50,430 bases of DNA, from NCBI GenBank assembly GCA_021810375.1, contig JAJZJB010000002.1, positions 1 to 50,430 of the forward strand, read 5' to 3'. The first letter of the stretch is position 1. Each line of letters begins with the position of its first letter. Source of the DNA: Candidatus Micrarchaeota archaeon. GTDB taxonomy: Archaea; Micrarchaeota; Micrarchaeia; Micrarchaeales; CABMGC01. Shown here one piece after another: positions 34,845-44,409 of this stretch. Position numbers and translations under genes: made by a program. The notes under the pieces were generated by a model, which saw nothing but the letters and a program-made list of their open reading frames with translations, was not told the DNA's origin and made no database searches.

Positions 34845-36041
34845 ATGGGTATTGCGCGGGGAATAGAAGAGTTGCATAAACTATTTAAGGCCAATGGCAA
34901 TAGATTATGCTATTGGGTAGATAATATTTCAATCGGAGACGACATAAAAGACTTCTTCATCAAGGAGTTCGTCATGCCTAACATGTTCCTTTCGGACATT
35001 CCAGGCTATCTGATAGGCAGATATCACGATTTCCAGGGAGAGGCCGTCTATGTAAGAAATATCTTCCTTTCAGAGTCGTTCTTTCTCAAGCTTGAGGAGA
35101 AGGTATCGCGTGCTATGGGCAGTGATGGGCTTGCAAAGTTATACGGAGCCGGAAAGAGGTATGGCTATAGGTTCTGCTCCATTGCAAGGCTGCCGAGATC
35201 TGAAGTCAAGTTCTCTGTAAGGTTGCTCTACGAGTTCATCGAGGCAATATATGCAGATAGCATAGATACAAATGTCGATATGGAGCAAAAAGTGCTCACC
35301 ATAACTACAAAGAACCTTGCCGTAACACGCGTGAATGGGGGCGGCTTTCCGATTGTTGGGGGAAGCGCCGGGGTATGGGCCTACTTGCTCGGGGATTTTG
35401 ACACGATTGAATGTGGCGTCACTCACATTGCTGATGACAGGTATGTATTGGTATGCGGGCCCACGGAAAGGCTGAGGGAAAGCGGGATCAGGTTTTATGA
35501 GTCCCGCGGAGCGCCAGACATAGGGGATATGGCATTATACAGGCAACTGAACCAACCGCCGGACATAATCCCACCGACAGCGTGCAACCTGGAGAGATTG
35601 TTAAGGGAGAATGTCCTCTCAAACGGACGTGGCCAACTTCAGTTTGCATTCCCCCATGAGCGTCTGCTCTCTACCGAGATCTCACTGCCATATGAGCTTG
35701 AGTCCCTTTTGGGAAGCCAGATCCTGTATGAATCGGCCAGGGAGTCCTTTGAGCTGATCGGCAGGGACGTACCTAAGCAACAAGACAGATACTCATTCCT
35801 GGCAGATATGCTTACCGCATTCGGATATGGAATCGTTACTGTTGAGAGAGGCGTTAATTCAGAGGAATTCAGGTTTGCCGGTGCGCCATGGTATAGCACT
35901 GCGAAGGATTCCGATTTCCCGATATTAAGGGGCGCCATTGAAGGCTTTATAGCAGGGCAGACAGAGAGTCAAGCCAAAGCAGTCTATGTGAAGTCAGAAT
36001 TGCGCGATAATCTGACTGTGCATATAAATGCAATCGTATGA
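34845..36041 (+). CDS. Hypothetical protein with two halves that loosely resemble V4R-type small-molecule-binding domains
   Basis: 398-aa ORF. Both halves show Y..G...G...(30-40 aa)...F..A.GYG-like patterns. The assignment is weak. Confidence 0.3.
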   Translation: MGIARGIEELHKLFKANGNRLCYWVDNISIGDDIKDFFIKEFVMPNMFLSDIPGYLIGRYHDFQGEAVYVRNIFLSESFFLKLEEKVSRAMGSDGLAKLYGAGKRYGYRFCSIARLPRSEVKFSVRLLYEFIEAIYADSIDTNVDMEQKVLTITTKNLAVTRVNGGGFPIVGGSAGVWAYLLGDFDTIECGVTHIADDRYVLVCGPTERLRESGIRFYESRGAPDIGDMALYRQLNQPPDIIPPTACNLERLLRENVLSNGRGQLQFAFPHERLLSTEISLPYELESLLGSQILYESARESFELIGRDVPKQQDRYSFLADMLTAFGYGIVTVERGVNSEEFRFAGAPWYSTAKDSDFPILRGAIEGFIAGQTESQAKAVYVKSELRDNLTVHINAIV

Positions 36042-36132
36042 CAGACTTTCCGGGATTTGGCATTAAGGCATGAGTTGCTTAAAGTGGCATTGGGCTGTTT
36101 TGCTTGAATGGGCTTGCACGGGCCTTGGCAGG

Positions 36133-37056
36133 TCAGAAGAGCTTAATAAGTAAGAATCCCAGGGCAAAACTCACAAGGGCAGTAGATATCCATGCCGCAA
36201 TTATTGTTATGGCTGGTCTTTTTCTCAATAGCCTCGTTTTATAGCTAAGTCCGGCCCCATATAGACTTGCTGTGAAAGTCTGCGTATTTGATGCTGGTAT
36301 GCTGAACATAGTGGCGACTTGCACTATGGCTACGGACATAGCCTGGGATACCAGCGCGTTGAGGTACCTTAGGGGCAGTATCTCATTGCCCATTCTCTTA
36401 AGTTCGCCGGAGCTAAGGAGGACGCTGCCGGAAATTATTGCCACTATGGCTATAAGCGCACCATACAACGGATTTATTATTCCGGAGGTAGATGCAAATA
36501 CAAATCCGATAGTGTTTGCTCCAAGAACGAAAGCGCTGAAGAATGATGCAATGATAAGGAGGAGTTTCATCCTGCTCACGGCGACCCAGACACGCACCTT
36601 TGGCAGCGTCTTGAATGCCAGTCTCATTATGGCAATTGTGGCTACTCCGGCAAACAGTGCAGATATGATCCAGAACACAAGAACATCGGTAACGAAGGCG
36701 CCGTTTATTGCAGAGCCAAATCCATAGCCAAGTCCGAGGATAACGGCAGTAAATGTAACGGATAGCGAATGCGGCACTCTGAGGAGATGCGCTATGATGA
36801 ATATCACAAGAGTGACTGCGAGGGAGAGCGCAACCATGTAAGCCGAGTGGACGGGCATAAGCGCAAGCAGGCCGGTCCTGAGCAGCTGCCCTTCGATGAG
36901 GTAGCCTGCAGCATAGCCAAGGATAGCCATGGCTATCCCGGTTTTTTTGCCCACTATGCCGCTCGATATTATTGGGCCGCAACATACGGGCAGGTTGTTG
37001 CCGGAGACAACGGCAACAAGGAGAAATGAGAGGATGTATATCAAAAGCAGTATCAA
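36133..37056 (-). CDS. Polytopic membrane transporter, probably a PiT-family phosphate/sulfate permease
   Basis: 307 aa with about 9 TM and an N-terminal GNN...G motif. It is adjacent to a DUF47 gene, and DUF47-PiT is a classic gene pair. Confidence 0.5.
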   Translation of the reverse strand: MILLLIYILSFLLVAVVSGNNLPVCCGPIISSGIVGKKTGIAMAILGYAAGYLIEGQLLRTGLLALMPVHSAYMVALSLAVTLVIFIIAHLLRVPHSLSVTFTAVILGLGYGFGSAINGAFVTDVLVFWIISALFAGVATIAIMRLAFKTLPKVRVWVAVSRMKLLLIIASFFSAFVLGANTIGFVFASTSGIINPLYGALIAIVAIISGSVLLSSGELKRMGNEILPLRYLNALVSQAMSVAIVQVATMFSIPASNTQTFTASLYGAGLSYKTRLLRKRPAITIIAAWISTALVSFALGFLLIKLF

Positions 37057-37063
37057 TGAACCA

Positions 37064-37702
37064 CTAGGTCAGTATTGAGCGCATCATGCTCTCTATCATG
37101 TCAGACGTATCTTCGCAGCCATCGAGGACTTCGTCAGCGAGGAAAGCTACGCTTTGTATGTAGTGGAATGACTTAAAATCTATACCTTTCGTCTTTGCGG
37201 CGTAGTCTAGCATCGAGTCTTTTATGTCGTCTCCTTTCTGCTCCACCTGTTCTATCCGCTCCCGGAGCTTTCTGGCCTGCTCGAGCGTTTGCGCCTTATG
37301 CATCTCATAGAGCAGCACCAAGGCGTTGTTTATGAGGTTCGAGAGTATTAGAAGATTTGCCTTGACGTATTCGTCGGCCTTCTTGTTCGCGCCTTTGTAC
37401 CTAACAGCTACCCTCGCAAGGTTGAACAGCGCATCGACTATGTCGTCCTCGCGGTTGACGAATCGCAGCATGTCGTCGACAAGGTTTGGGGCTATGGCGC
37501 CTGATGTAACAGAATTTGCAATTTCGAATACTTCTTTGTCTGCATTGCTTTCTATTGCCTTGACTCCACTCAGGTCAGTAGATCCGTTTGCTATTCTGGC
37601 GAGCATCCTATTCTCGGCAACTGCCTGGTCTATTATTCTCTTTCCCCTTTCCACTACGTGCCTTTCGGTGCTTCCGTCGAATATCCTGGTCAGGAGATCC
37701 AT
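37064..37702 (-). CDS. DUF47 (PhoU-like, YkaA-type) phosphate-transport regulator-like protein
   Basis: It is helical and about 212 aa from ATG 37702 (MDLLTRIFDG). attaaat lies about 30 nt upstream. The longer ORF to 37861 overlaps the divergent gene. Confidence 0.55.
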   Translation of the reverse strand: MDLLTRIFDGSTERHVVERGKRIIDQAVAENRMLARIANGSTDLSGVKAIESNADKEVFEIANSVTSGAIAPNLVDDMLRFVNREDDIVDALFNLARVAVRYKGANKKADEYVKANLLILSNLINNALVLLYEMHKAQTLEQARKLRERIEQVEQKGDDIKDSMLDYAAKTKGIDFKSFHYIQSVAFLADEVLDGCEDTSDMIESMMRSILT

Positions 37703-37930
37703 GTCATCGCCGGTTCTCGCCAAGCATTTAATCCTGGCAAGTGAGAGTCGCTGCCAACGCATATAAAGGGTTGCTGCAATGACTGCAGGGAAGGCTTTTA
37801 ACTTTTTTGAGAGGTTAGCTCCCTGCAGGCCCAGAGGGTTGGATTTATGGCAGCGGCACAAAGGCAGCGGAATTTACCAGTGCTTCAGCCCGATCTATTT
37901 AAGGAACGGCTCAGGGACATGTGTACCATG

Positions 37931-38359
37931 GAAGAGGTCAGCAAGGCTGTGCTGAACATACTAAAGGATGTCAGGGATGCCGGGGCGGAGAGGATAGGCT
38001 ATGTATCAGGTATGATATCTTCCGATGGGCCAGGATTTGTAGAGAGGAACATAAAAAGGCTGGCAGGATATGCAGAAGCGATAAGGGGCAGAGAGCATTT
38101 CCCGGTATTCTCCCCTACGGATGTTCTTTTCAATGAATTGTATGTTAGGTTGAGGCATGAGACAGAGCCGAGATGGTACTGGTTCTGGGAGACTATACTC
38201 TCTGGGGGTCAGGTAACTGATGTGTTCTTCACGCCCAGGTGGGAGAGCTCGCTGGGAGCTCGGGATGAAGAGAGGGTGGCAAGGAAGATAGGATTGAATA
38301 GGCACTACTTGGAAAATGATCCGTTATTGCTTAGCATTAAAGACGCTGTCCGTAGATAA
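37931..38359 (+). CDS. Hypothetical protein, possibly with a DUF4406 / nucleoside deoxyribosyltransferase-like fold
   Basis: YVSGMISSDGPG...N...A...R...FPVFSP resembles the ISGPM...N...A...G..V.NP pattern. ctatttaagg lies about 30 nt upstream of ATG 37922/37931. Confidence 0.35.
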   Translation, partial: EEVSKAVLNILKDVRDAGAERIGYVSGMISSDGPGFVERNIKRLAGYAEAIRGREHFPVFSPTDVLFNELYVRLRHETEPRWYWFWETILSGGQVTDVFFTPRWESSLGARDEERVARKIGLNRHYLENDPLLLSIKDAVRR

Positions 38360-39319
38360 TCAGACATGCGATGATGCTTTCGACTTATAGTATGCGAGTA
38401 CAGAGTCAGATATTATCTGGTCCGGGTCTGCGCCTAACGCCCTGGCGATTCTGCACATAGAATCGCTGTTGAGCTGGAGGTCCATGCTGTATAGGTAATA
38501 TAGTGCAATTATGTAGATCACCGGGTTCTTGAATTGCAATGGTTCAAGTTCTTTGAGAAGCCGCGTCTGCGGCTCGATGCCTATCGACTTTATGAGCAAT
38601 GATATATTATCGATAGTCATCTCCCTGCCTGCAAATGCAAGGCTGCCGATAGCGGTAAGATACGGCAATGCCTCTGGTCCGATTGCGGAGTGAGCCGCAC
38701 TTGCTTCTATTACAGAGTTGAGTTCGCGGATGGCGAGTTCAGACATGTCATTGGAAAGGTCAACCATGCCCAGATACAGCTTCTTGAAGAACTTCTCGTC
38801 GGCACCGCCTTGGCTCATCTTGGTACTGATGAAGTTATACGATCCCTGCAGGTACTCTCTGGAATATTCAATCACATATCCGGCTATCCTGTGATCCGGG
38901 GGCACGCCCATGCTCCTCACTATCTCCACCACCAGGTCTATAGTAGGTTCCTTGCCATTAGCTTTTGCAAAATAGACGGCATTTACATATATTAGATCGT
39001 TCTTGTAGTTGAGCTTGCTGATGGCATCAAGATAATCCACATTTGGCTCTTTCCCAACAGCTCGTATCAAGTCTGTTATTCCATCTTCGGTTATGTCCCT
39101 CCCGGAGAATGCGAGAGCCCCAGCTGCTGCTATGTAACCTATTATGCCCTGGCCCATATGCGACATCACTACAGGAACATAAGTGGCACGCAGGAGCTCC
39201 ATGGTGATTATGTTGGCGCAGGTGCCCATGCCGTCCCTTATGGCTTTGGCCGCTATCTGCTCTATCTCTTCAGAAGTGATCGCAGAGTCAGGCTTTTCCA
39301 GGTAATTCGTTCCATTCAT
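38360..39319 (-). CDS. Internally duplicated protein with four modules that resemble the ribosomal stalk aP1/L12 N-terminal domain
   Basis: The modules lie at residues about 61-104, 110-152, 219-262 and 268-311. Example: IAAAGALAFSGRDITEDGITDLIRAVGKEPNVDYLDAISKL against the archaeal P1 pattern YAALLLhsaGKEItEEnlkaVLeAAGVEvdEaRvKALVAAL. Confidence 0.4.
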   Translation of the reverse strand: MNGTNYLEKPDSAITSEEIEQIAAKAIRDGMGTCANIITMELLRATYVPVVMSHMGQGIIGYIAAAGALAFSGRDITEDGITDLIRAVGKEPNVDYLDAISKLNYKNDLIYVNAVYFAKANGKEPTIDLVVEIVRSMGVPPDHRIAGYVIEYSREYLQGSYNFISTKMSQGGADEKFFKKLYLGMVDLSNDMSELAIRELNSVIEASAAHSAIGPEALPYLTAIGSLAFAGREMTIDNISLLIKSIGIEPQTRLLKELEPLQFKNPVIYIIALYYLYSMDLQLNSDSMCRIARALGADPDQIISDSVLAYYKSKASSHV

Positions 39320-39572
39320 TTGGCATCCTCCCGCCGCTAAAACGTGTGGTACATAATTCTCTTGAAAGGTCAGGTTGCACGCATATCCCTGTCTGGCGTT
39401 TAGACCCTGGATAACGCCCGAGTTTATACGCCCTCGCGGAATCCATGTTGTTTATGCGGTCATTTACGTTTATATGCCTTTTTCTGTGCTCTGCAGATCG
39501 TTCGCGTTCCATACATAAATGATGTAGTGCTTCCGCTTATGCTTTTAAATCTGCGCGAACCAGGTATTCTGA

Positions 39573-40121
39573 ATGAGAGGAAAGAGACCGGGTTCTAAGC
39601 AGAAATTGCCCACGTACTGGTCGATAGCTGGTTATGCGATTCTACCAGGGCTGGTCACTGCATTAGTAGTTATGTTGCTTTACTGGCTTCTTTACGTAAT
39701 AAATTCCAATTTCCTATATAGCGAGACTTCTTCAGTGCTTCTTTTTGCATCATTCGGCTCTAGTGCCTTCTTGATGTTCATGGCCCCATACTCAAAGACT
39801 GCAAGGCCAAGCAAATTCGTCAAGAGCTACCTCCTTGCAACTGCAATGGGATCCGTAGGGTATGCCCTTATTGGGGCTGTGTCAATATTTCTCGTTATAG
39901 GCATATTGATGTTCCTGCTCTCCGTGCTCCTTTTCATAACAGGCAGTGAACACCCGCCAGCCATAGGCATAATGCTTGCTTTCGTGTTCTATCGTGTTGA
40001 CGTATACGGGATTCTAGTTGTGATTTCCGGTGTTGCCTTCCTTTTGGCCGTAAGGATGCTGCTCTCGAGATACCTCTACCGCACAGACCTTAGGCTAGAC
40101 AGAATGGCAGACATATTGTAG
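39573..40121 (+). CDS. HPP family membrane protein
   Basis: GSEHPPAIG motif with about 4-5 TM segments. Confidence 0.75.
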   Translation: MRGKRPGSKQKLPTYWSIAGYAILPGLVTALVVMLLYWLLYVINSNFLYSETSSVLLFASFGSSAFLMFMAPYSKTARPSKFVKSYLLATAMGSVGYALIGAVSIFLVIGILMFLLSVLLFITGSEHPPAIGIMLAFVFYRVDVYGILVVISGVAFLLAVRMLLSRYLYRTDLRLDRMADIL

Positions 40122-40252
40122 CAGCATTTTTATACAGAATCTCTTGGGTAGGATTATGGGCCAGCAAACGGCATTTACGCAAGGGGGTGAGTGATGCAGC
40201 CACTTTGGATCGCAATTTGCAAAGGTTTAAGTAAATTCATTCCAATCCTTAC

Positions 40253-41566
40253 TTGTTGCTTTATGCTGTAGGTCTTGTTGTGTTTCTGTCACTGCTACAG
40301 GTAATTTCAAGCTCCGCGATACTAGTAGTCATAGCCCTCATAATAATAATAGGCTATATAGCATCTGCAATATTCAGGCGTACCAGAGTTCCTGAACTCC
40401 TGATCCTGATGCTTATAGGCATCTTTCTGGTACAGATAGCAGATATCATACCGGTGAATTACCTTGAGGTGCTAAGGTCTCTCGCTCCCCTATTCAGCAG
40501 CCTCGCGCTTATAGTTATAATGTTCAATGGCAGCAAGGAACTTAATGTGAGCGATCCTGCACTTAGGAACTGGAAAGGGATAGCGCTTGGATTCCTGGAT
40601 GTCTTCATTTCCATAGTTGTCGTTGCATCCTTTGTGCATTACGCACCGTGGCTACAGTGGCCGTGGATATACGGCATAATACTTGGCACCATATTAGGGG
40701 AAACAACGAATATAGTGGTAATACCTTTCATCAGAAAGGTCAAATTGAGCAAGGAAATGTTTGGGGCCATGTTTACCGAGACTGCGCTAAACTCGCTCGT
40801 TGCCATAGTAGTGTTCTCCCTGCTGCTCCTGTTTGTAACACACCAGGTTGTTACGCCGATATCGTTCGCTTCCTACGTACTGGATTACCTCAGCTTTGCC
40901 ATAGTAATGGGCCTTATAGCGAGCATCGCATGGCTTTTCGTATCGAATGTACTTACGATAGCCAGGGAGTACGTTGCTACGCTTGCGGTTGCCATACTCC
41001 TCTATGGCTTCGTTACCATATTCAATGGTGCTGCAATAATATCCGTCCTGATTTTCGGCGTGGTGATAGGAAACGAAGCCCTGTTCAGGGAGATATATGA
41101 GAAGTTGGGCATAAAGAAACAGAATGATAAGGAGCAGGGCAAGGAGGAGGCTGAGAGCAAGGATGATGCGAAGAAGTTGAAGAACAGCAACCCAGTCGGA
41201 CTTATGGAAGTCCAGAAGGAACTTGAGTTCCTGATAAGCACCTTCTTCTTCGTCTTTATGGGCATGATAACGATATTGTCGGAGCAGTTCCTCATTTACG
41301 GGCTGGCGATAGCGGCTCTTCTCATAATCTCAAGATACGCAGAGGTGCGAGCAGTACTCTTCAAGAATTCCCCCGGAGACAGGCGCCTGGCTTTTGCGCT
41401 TCTGCCAAGAGGCTTGACTGTCGCCACATTGGCAACCATAGTATATGGTATGGGGGGTATTTACTTCATGCAGACCTTCTACATTTCCTTCATGGTCATA
41501 GTTGTGACGGCAATAGTCTCAAGCCTTATGCTAAACAGAGTACAGGTAGAGGTAAAGCCGCAATAG
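40253..41566 (+). CDS. Cation:proton antiporter (Na+/H+ exchanger family)
   Basis: 437 aa with about 11-12 TM and a charged K/E loop in the middle. The overall pattern is that of the CPA family. The start codon is TTG. Confidence 0.65.
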   Translation: MLLYAVGLVVFLSLLQVISSSAILVVIALIIIIGYIASAIFRRTRVPELLILMLIGIFLVQIADIIPVNYLEVLRSLAPLFSSLALIVIMFNGSKELNVSDPALRNWKGIALGFLDVFISIVVVASFVHYAPWLQWPWIYGIILGTILGETTNIVVIPFIRKVKLSKEMFGAMFTETALNSLVAIVVFSLLLLFVTHQVVTPISFASYVLDYLSFAIVMGLIASIAWLFVSNVLTIAREYVATLAVAILLYGFVTIFNGAAIISVLIFGVVIGNEALFREIYEKLGIKKQNDKEQGKEEAESKDDAKKLKNSNPVGLMEVQKELEFLISTFFFVFMGMITILSEQFLIYGLAIAALLIISRYAEVRAVLFKNSPGDRRLAFALLPRGLTVATLATIVYGMGGIYFMQTFYISFMVIVVTAIVSSLMLNRVQVEVKPQ

Positions 41567-41583
41567 TGCCTGTGCCCCGGCCA

Positions 41584-42027
41584 TTACTTAACCTTCCTGT
41601 TTCTGATGTGGCGCAGCAACAGAGTGTTCATTATTTTGTCGTAGTGCGAGAATAGGAATATGGCGGCAAATACGATTACCGAGAGCACTACTATTGCGGT
41701 TAGGACATAATCGAGCAGGTATATCGCATCGACCGTGTAAACCACCCTCCCGTAATTTATGGAGATAAGCGTGATTATAGATATGCATATGTCTACGAAA
41801 AGCGAGGCGAATGCTATCTTCTCTAACATGCGTTTAAGCCGGGCTGTTCGCTCAACCCGGAGCATGTGCATCTCCTTTCCCAATTCTGTGTGGGAGACCT
41901 CTACAGCGTGTGCATTTACATCGTTTTCATTTCCAACGCCTGTACCGTTCCCGCTCTCCTTTGCGTAGACTCCCGTAGATTTTTCGGGGTGCGTAGCGCC
42001 TGCTTCTTCGAAGCGAATCTCGTCCAT
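41584..42027 (-). CDS. Membrane protein, function unknown
   Basis: 147 aa with a soluble N-terminus and then two hydrophobic segments. Confidence 0.45.
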   Translation of the reverse strand: MDEIRFEEAGATHPEKSTGVYAKESGNGTGVGNENDVNAHAVEVSHTELGKEMHMLRVERTARLKRMLEKIAFASLFVDICISIITLISINYGRVVYTVDAIYLLDYVLTAIVVLSVIVFAAIFLFSHYDKIMNTLLLRHIRNRKVK

Positions 42028-42170
42028 AGAATAGCATATCTCGCTTCTATAACTTATTTATTGCTTTGTCCCGTACTGGCGAATACCAGACAAAGCACAT
42101 AGTTATTTATTCGCTAATGCCATAGATTAACAGCAATAAATTAGAGAGATATGCAAGAGGGGGAGTGTGA

Positions 42171-44357
42171 GTGAAATACATTATAGTGTCGAACAGATTG
42201 CCACTCTCTTTTATTAAAGGGGAGGACGGGAAAGTAACTGCAAGAGAAGGGGCAGGAGGGCTTGTAACCGGAGTTCGGTCTTATCTTAATGCAAAGGGCA
42301 TCGAGAATTACGTATGGATAGGCTGGCCCGGGAGTACGATAAAGAAAGACGACGAGGACCAGGTAAGGCGTCTTGCGAGGGAGAACAAGAGCATCCCCGT
42401 GTTTCTGGACGAAGAAACACATAATAGGTTCTATAATGGATTCTGCAACAGGACATTGTATCCGCTCTTCCATTACTTTCCACAGTTTGTAGACTATGAC
42501 GATAAGAATTGGGAAACTTATAAGAAAGTGAATGAGATGTTCAGGGATGCTGTAGCCGAAGTGGCAGAGCCTGGAGACATAGTGTGGGTGCACGATTACC
42601 ATCTGATGCTCCTACCCGCAATTCTCAAGTCAAGCATGCCAGAGTCAAGGATAGGGTTCTTCCTGCACATACCTTTCCCTGCATATGAGATCTTCAGGCT
42701 GCTGCCCAGCAGGTGGAGCAGGGATCTGCTTACGGGGACTCTTGGGGCCGACCTTATAGGATTCCATACATATGATTACATGCAGGACTTCCTTACGTGT
42801 GTATCGAGGCTTCTTGGATATGAGAGCAACCTCGGGTATATAGAGGGACCAGATGCTGCACTGAAACGGGTTGACACTTTTCCCATGGGAATAGACTATG
42901 GCAAATTCCAGAAGGTAGCAAGATCCGAAGCGATAATGAAGGAGAGGAAGAAACTGGAGGAAACATTAGGAGGCAATCGCACTATATTCTCGATTGACAG
43001 GTTGGATTATACGAAAGGTATACTGAACAGGTTGAAGGGATACGAGCTCTTCCTTGAGAGGAACCCCGAAATGCGCGGCAAGGTAAGCCTGGTCCTTGTA
43101 GTGGTTCCGTCAAGGGAAAATATCCCGGAATACGGGGACCTAAAGATAGCCATAGACGAAAAAGTAGGTAATATCAACGGGAAATTCGGCATGATCAACT
43201 GGACCCCGATAATCTACCAGTACAAGTTCATAGACTTTGAGATGCTAGTAGCGCTGTTTGGCATTGCAGATGTAGCGCTGATAACTCCGTTGAGGGACGG
43301 GATGAACCTGGTTGCAAAGGAATACGTGGCAAGCAAGATAAAGTCTTCAGGGGTCCTTGTCCTGAGCGATATGGTTGGGGCCGCAAAAGAGCTGGGGGAT
43401 GCAGTGATAGTAAATCCCAACCACCCAAGCGAGATCTGCAGCGCGATAGAAACTGCACTGAACATGCCTAAGGAAGAGCAGGAACAGAGAATCGCAGCAA
43501 TGCAGGACAGGGTAAGGTCTTATGATATAATGAGATGGGGTAATGATTTCATCAAGGAATTGGATGACCTCAAAGAGATGCAGGATGTCTTCAATGCCAA
43601 GCTGCTTGGAAAGAACGAGGAAAAGCTCCTTGAGGACTACGGGAAGTCTAAACGAGCGCTCATACTTCTTGATTACGACGGGACGCTTGTCCAGTTTACT
43701 GATGAGCCGAAAAAGGCCGCGCCTCCAAAGCAGGTAATAGCGCTGGTCAGGGCGCTCTCTTTGAACCCCAAGAACCGGGTTGTTGTCATAAGCGGGAGGG
43801 ATAAAGGCACACTTGAGAAGTGGTTTGAGGGATTGAACGTTGCTCTTGTGGCGGAACACGGAGTGCTGGTCCGTGAGCATGAATCTGAATGGCGTTTCCT
43901 TAGGCCGCTCACTGCAGAATGGAAATCGATGATAATACCCATAATGAATGACTATGCCAACAGGCTGCCGGGATCGCGCGTAGAGGAGAAGGATTTCTCA
44001 GTTGTCTGGCACTACCGGAAAGCAGAATCGGAGTTCGCATCGCTGAGGGTAGCTGAGCTATTCGACAGCTTAAGCAAGCTCACGGCCAACGCAGACGTGC
44101 AGGTATACAAGGGCAACAAGATAATAGAGGTAAAGAATTCCGGGGTGAACAAAGGTACTGCTGCTTCATTCTTCATAGGAAAAGAGAATCCCGACTTCAT
44201 ACTCGCGCTGGGAGACGACTACACCGACGAAGACACCTTCAGGCTGCTCCCTAAAGACGCTTATTCGATAAGAGTCGGGATTGCGCAGTCATATGCTCGG
44301 TTCAACCTGCATGGCATTAAGGAAGCTTTGCAGCTTCTTGGCAAGCTCATTGAATGA
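42171..44357 (+). CDS. Bifunctional trehalose-6-phosphate synthase/phosphatase (GT20 + HAD fusion)
   Basis: IIVSNRLP, WVHDYHLMLLP and RDGMNLVAKEY are GT20 motifs. The C-terminal LLDYDGTL...GDDYTDED is the HAD TPP domain. Confidence 0.92.
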   Translation: MKYIIVSNRLPLSFIKGEDGKVTAREGAGGLVTGVRSYLNAKGIENYVWIGWPGSTIKKDDEDQVRRLARENKSIPVFLDEETHNRFYNGFCNRTLYPLFHYFPQFVDYDDKNWETYKKVNEMFRDAVAEVAEPGDIVWVHDYHLMLLPAILKSSMPESRIGFFLHIPFPAYEIFRLLPSRWSRDLLTGTLGADLIGFHTYDYMQDFLTCVSRLLGYESNLGYIEGPDAALKRVDTFPMGIDYGKFQKVARSEAIMKERKKLEETLGGNRTIFSIDRLDYTKGILNRLKGYELFLERNPEMRGKVSLVLVVVPSRENIPEYGDLKIAIDEKVGNINGKFGMINWTPIIYQYKFIDFEMLVALFGIADVALITPLRDGMNLVAKEYVASKIKSSGVLVLSDMVGAAKELGDAVIVNPNHPSEICSAIETALNMPKEEQEQRIAAMQDRVRSYDIMRWGNDFIKELDDLKEMQDVFNAKLLGKNEEKLLEDYGKSKRALILLDYDGTLVQFTDEPKKAAPPKQVIALVRALSLNPKNRVVVISGRDKGTLEKWFEGLNVALVAEHGVLVREHESEWRFLRPLTAEWKSMIIPIMNDYANRLPGSRVEEKDFSVVWHYRKAESEFASLRVAELFDSLSKLTANADVQVYKGNKIIEVKNSGVNKGTAASFFIGKENPDFILALGDDYTDEDTFRLLPKDAYSIRVGIAQSYARFNLHGIKEALQLLGKLIE

Positions 44358-44409
44358 TAATGCTTGCCGTTGGCCATGCGTTCCGGCAGGATGAAGATAC
44401 CGCTGCGGT

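Noticed and set aside
36413-36985. 190-aa minus-strand ORF in an alternative frame of the transporter gene, and the 151-aa plus ORF 36272-36727
   Set aside because: The 307-aa frame gives a coherent polytopic membrane protein. The alternatives give Arg/Cys/His-rich sequences with no hydrophobic periodicity.
39288-39512. 74-aa basic minus-strand ORF in the 250-nt gap upstream of 38360-39319
   Set aside because: It overlaps the downstream gene start by 32 nt in another frame and I recognise no motif. It may simply be 5' UTR or promoter DNA. It is left unannotated, though a small RNA or protein cannot be excluded.
43347-43942. 177-aa and 89-aa minus-strand ORFs inside the trehalose synthase/phosphatase gene
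   Set aside because: They are antisense to a gene with clear GT20 and HAD motifs and have no features of their own.
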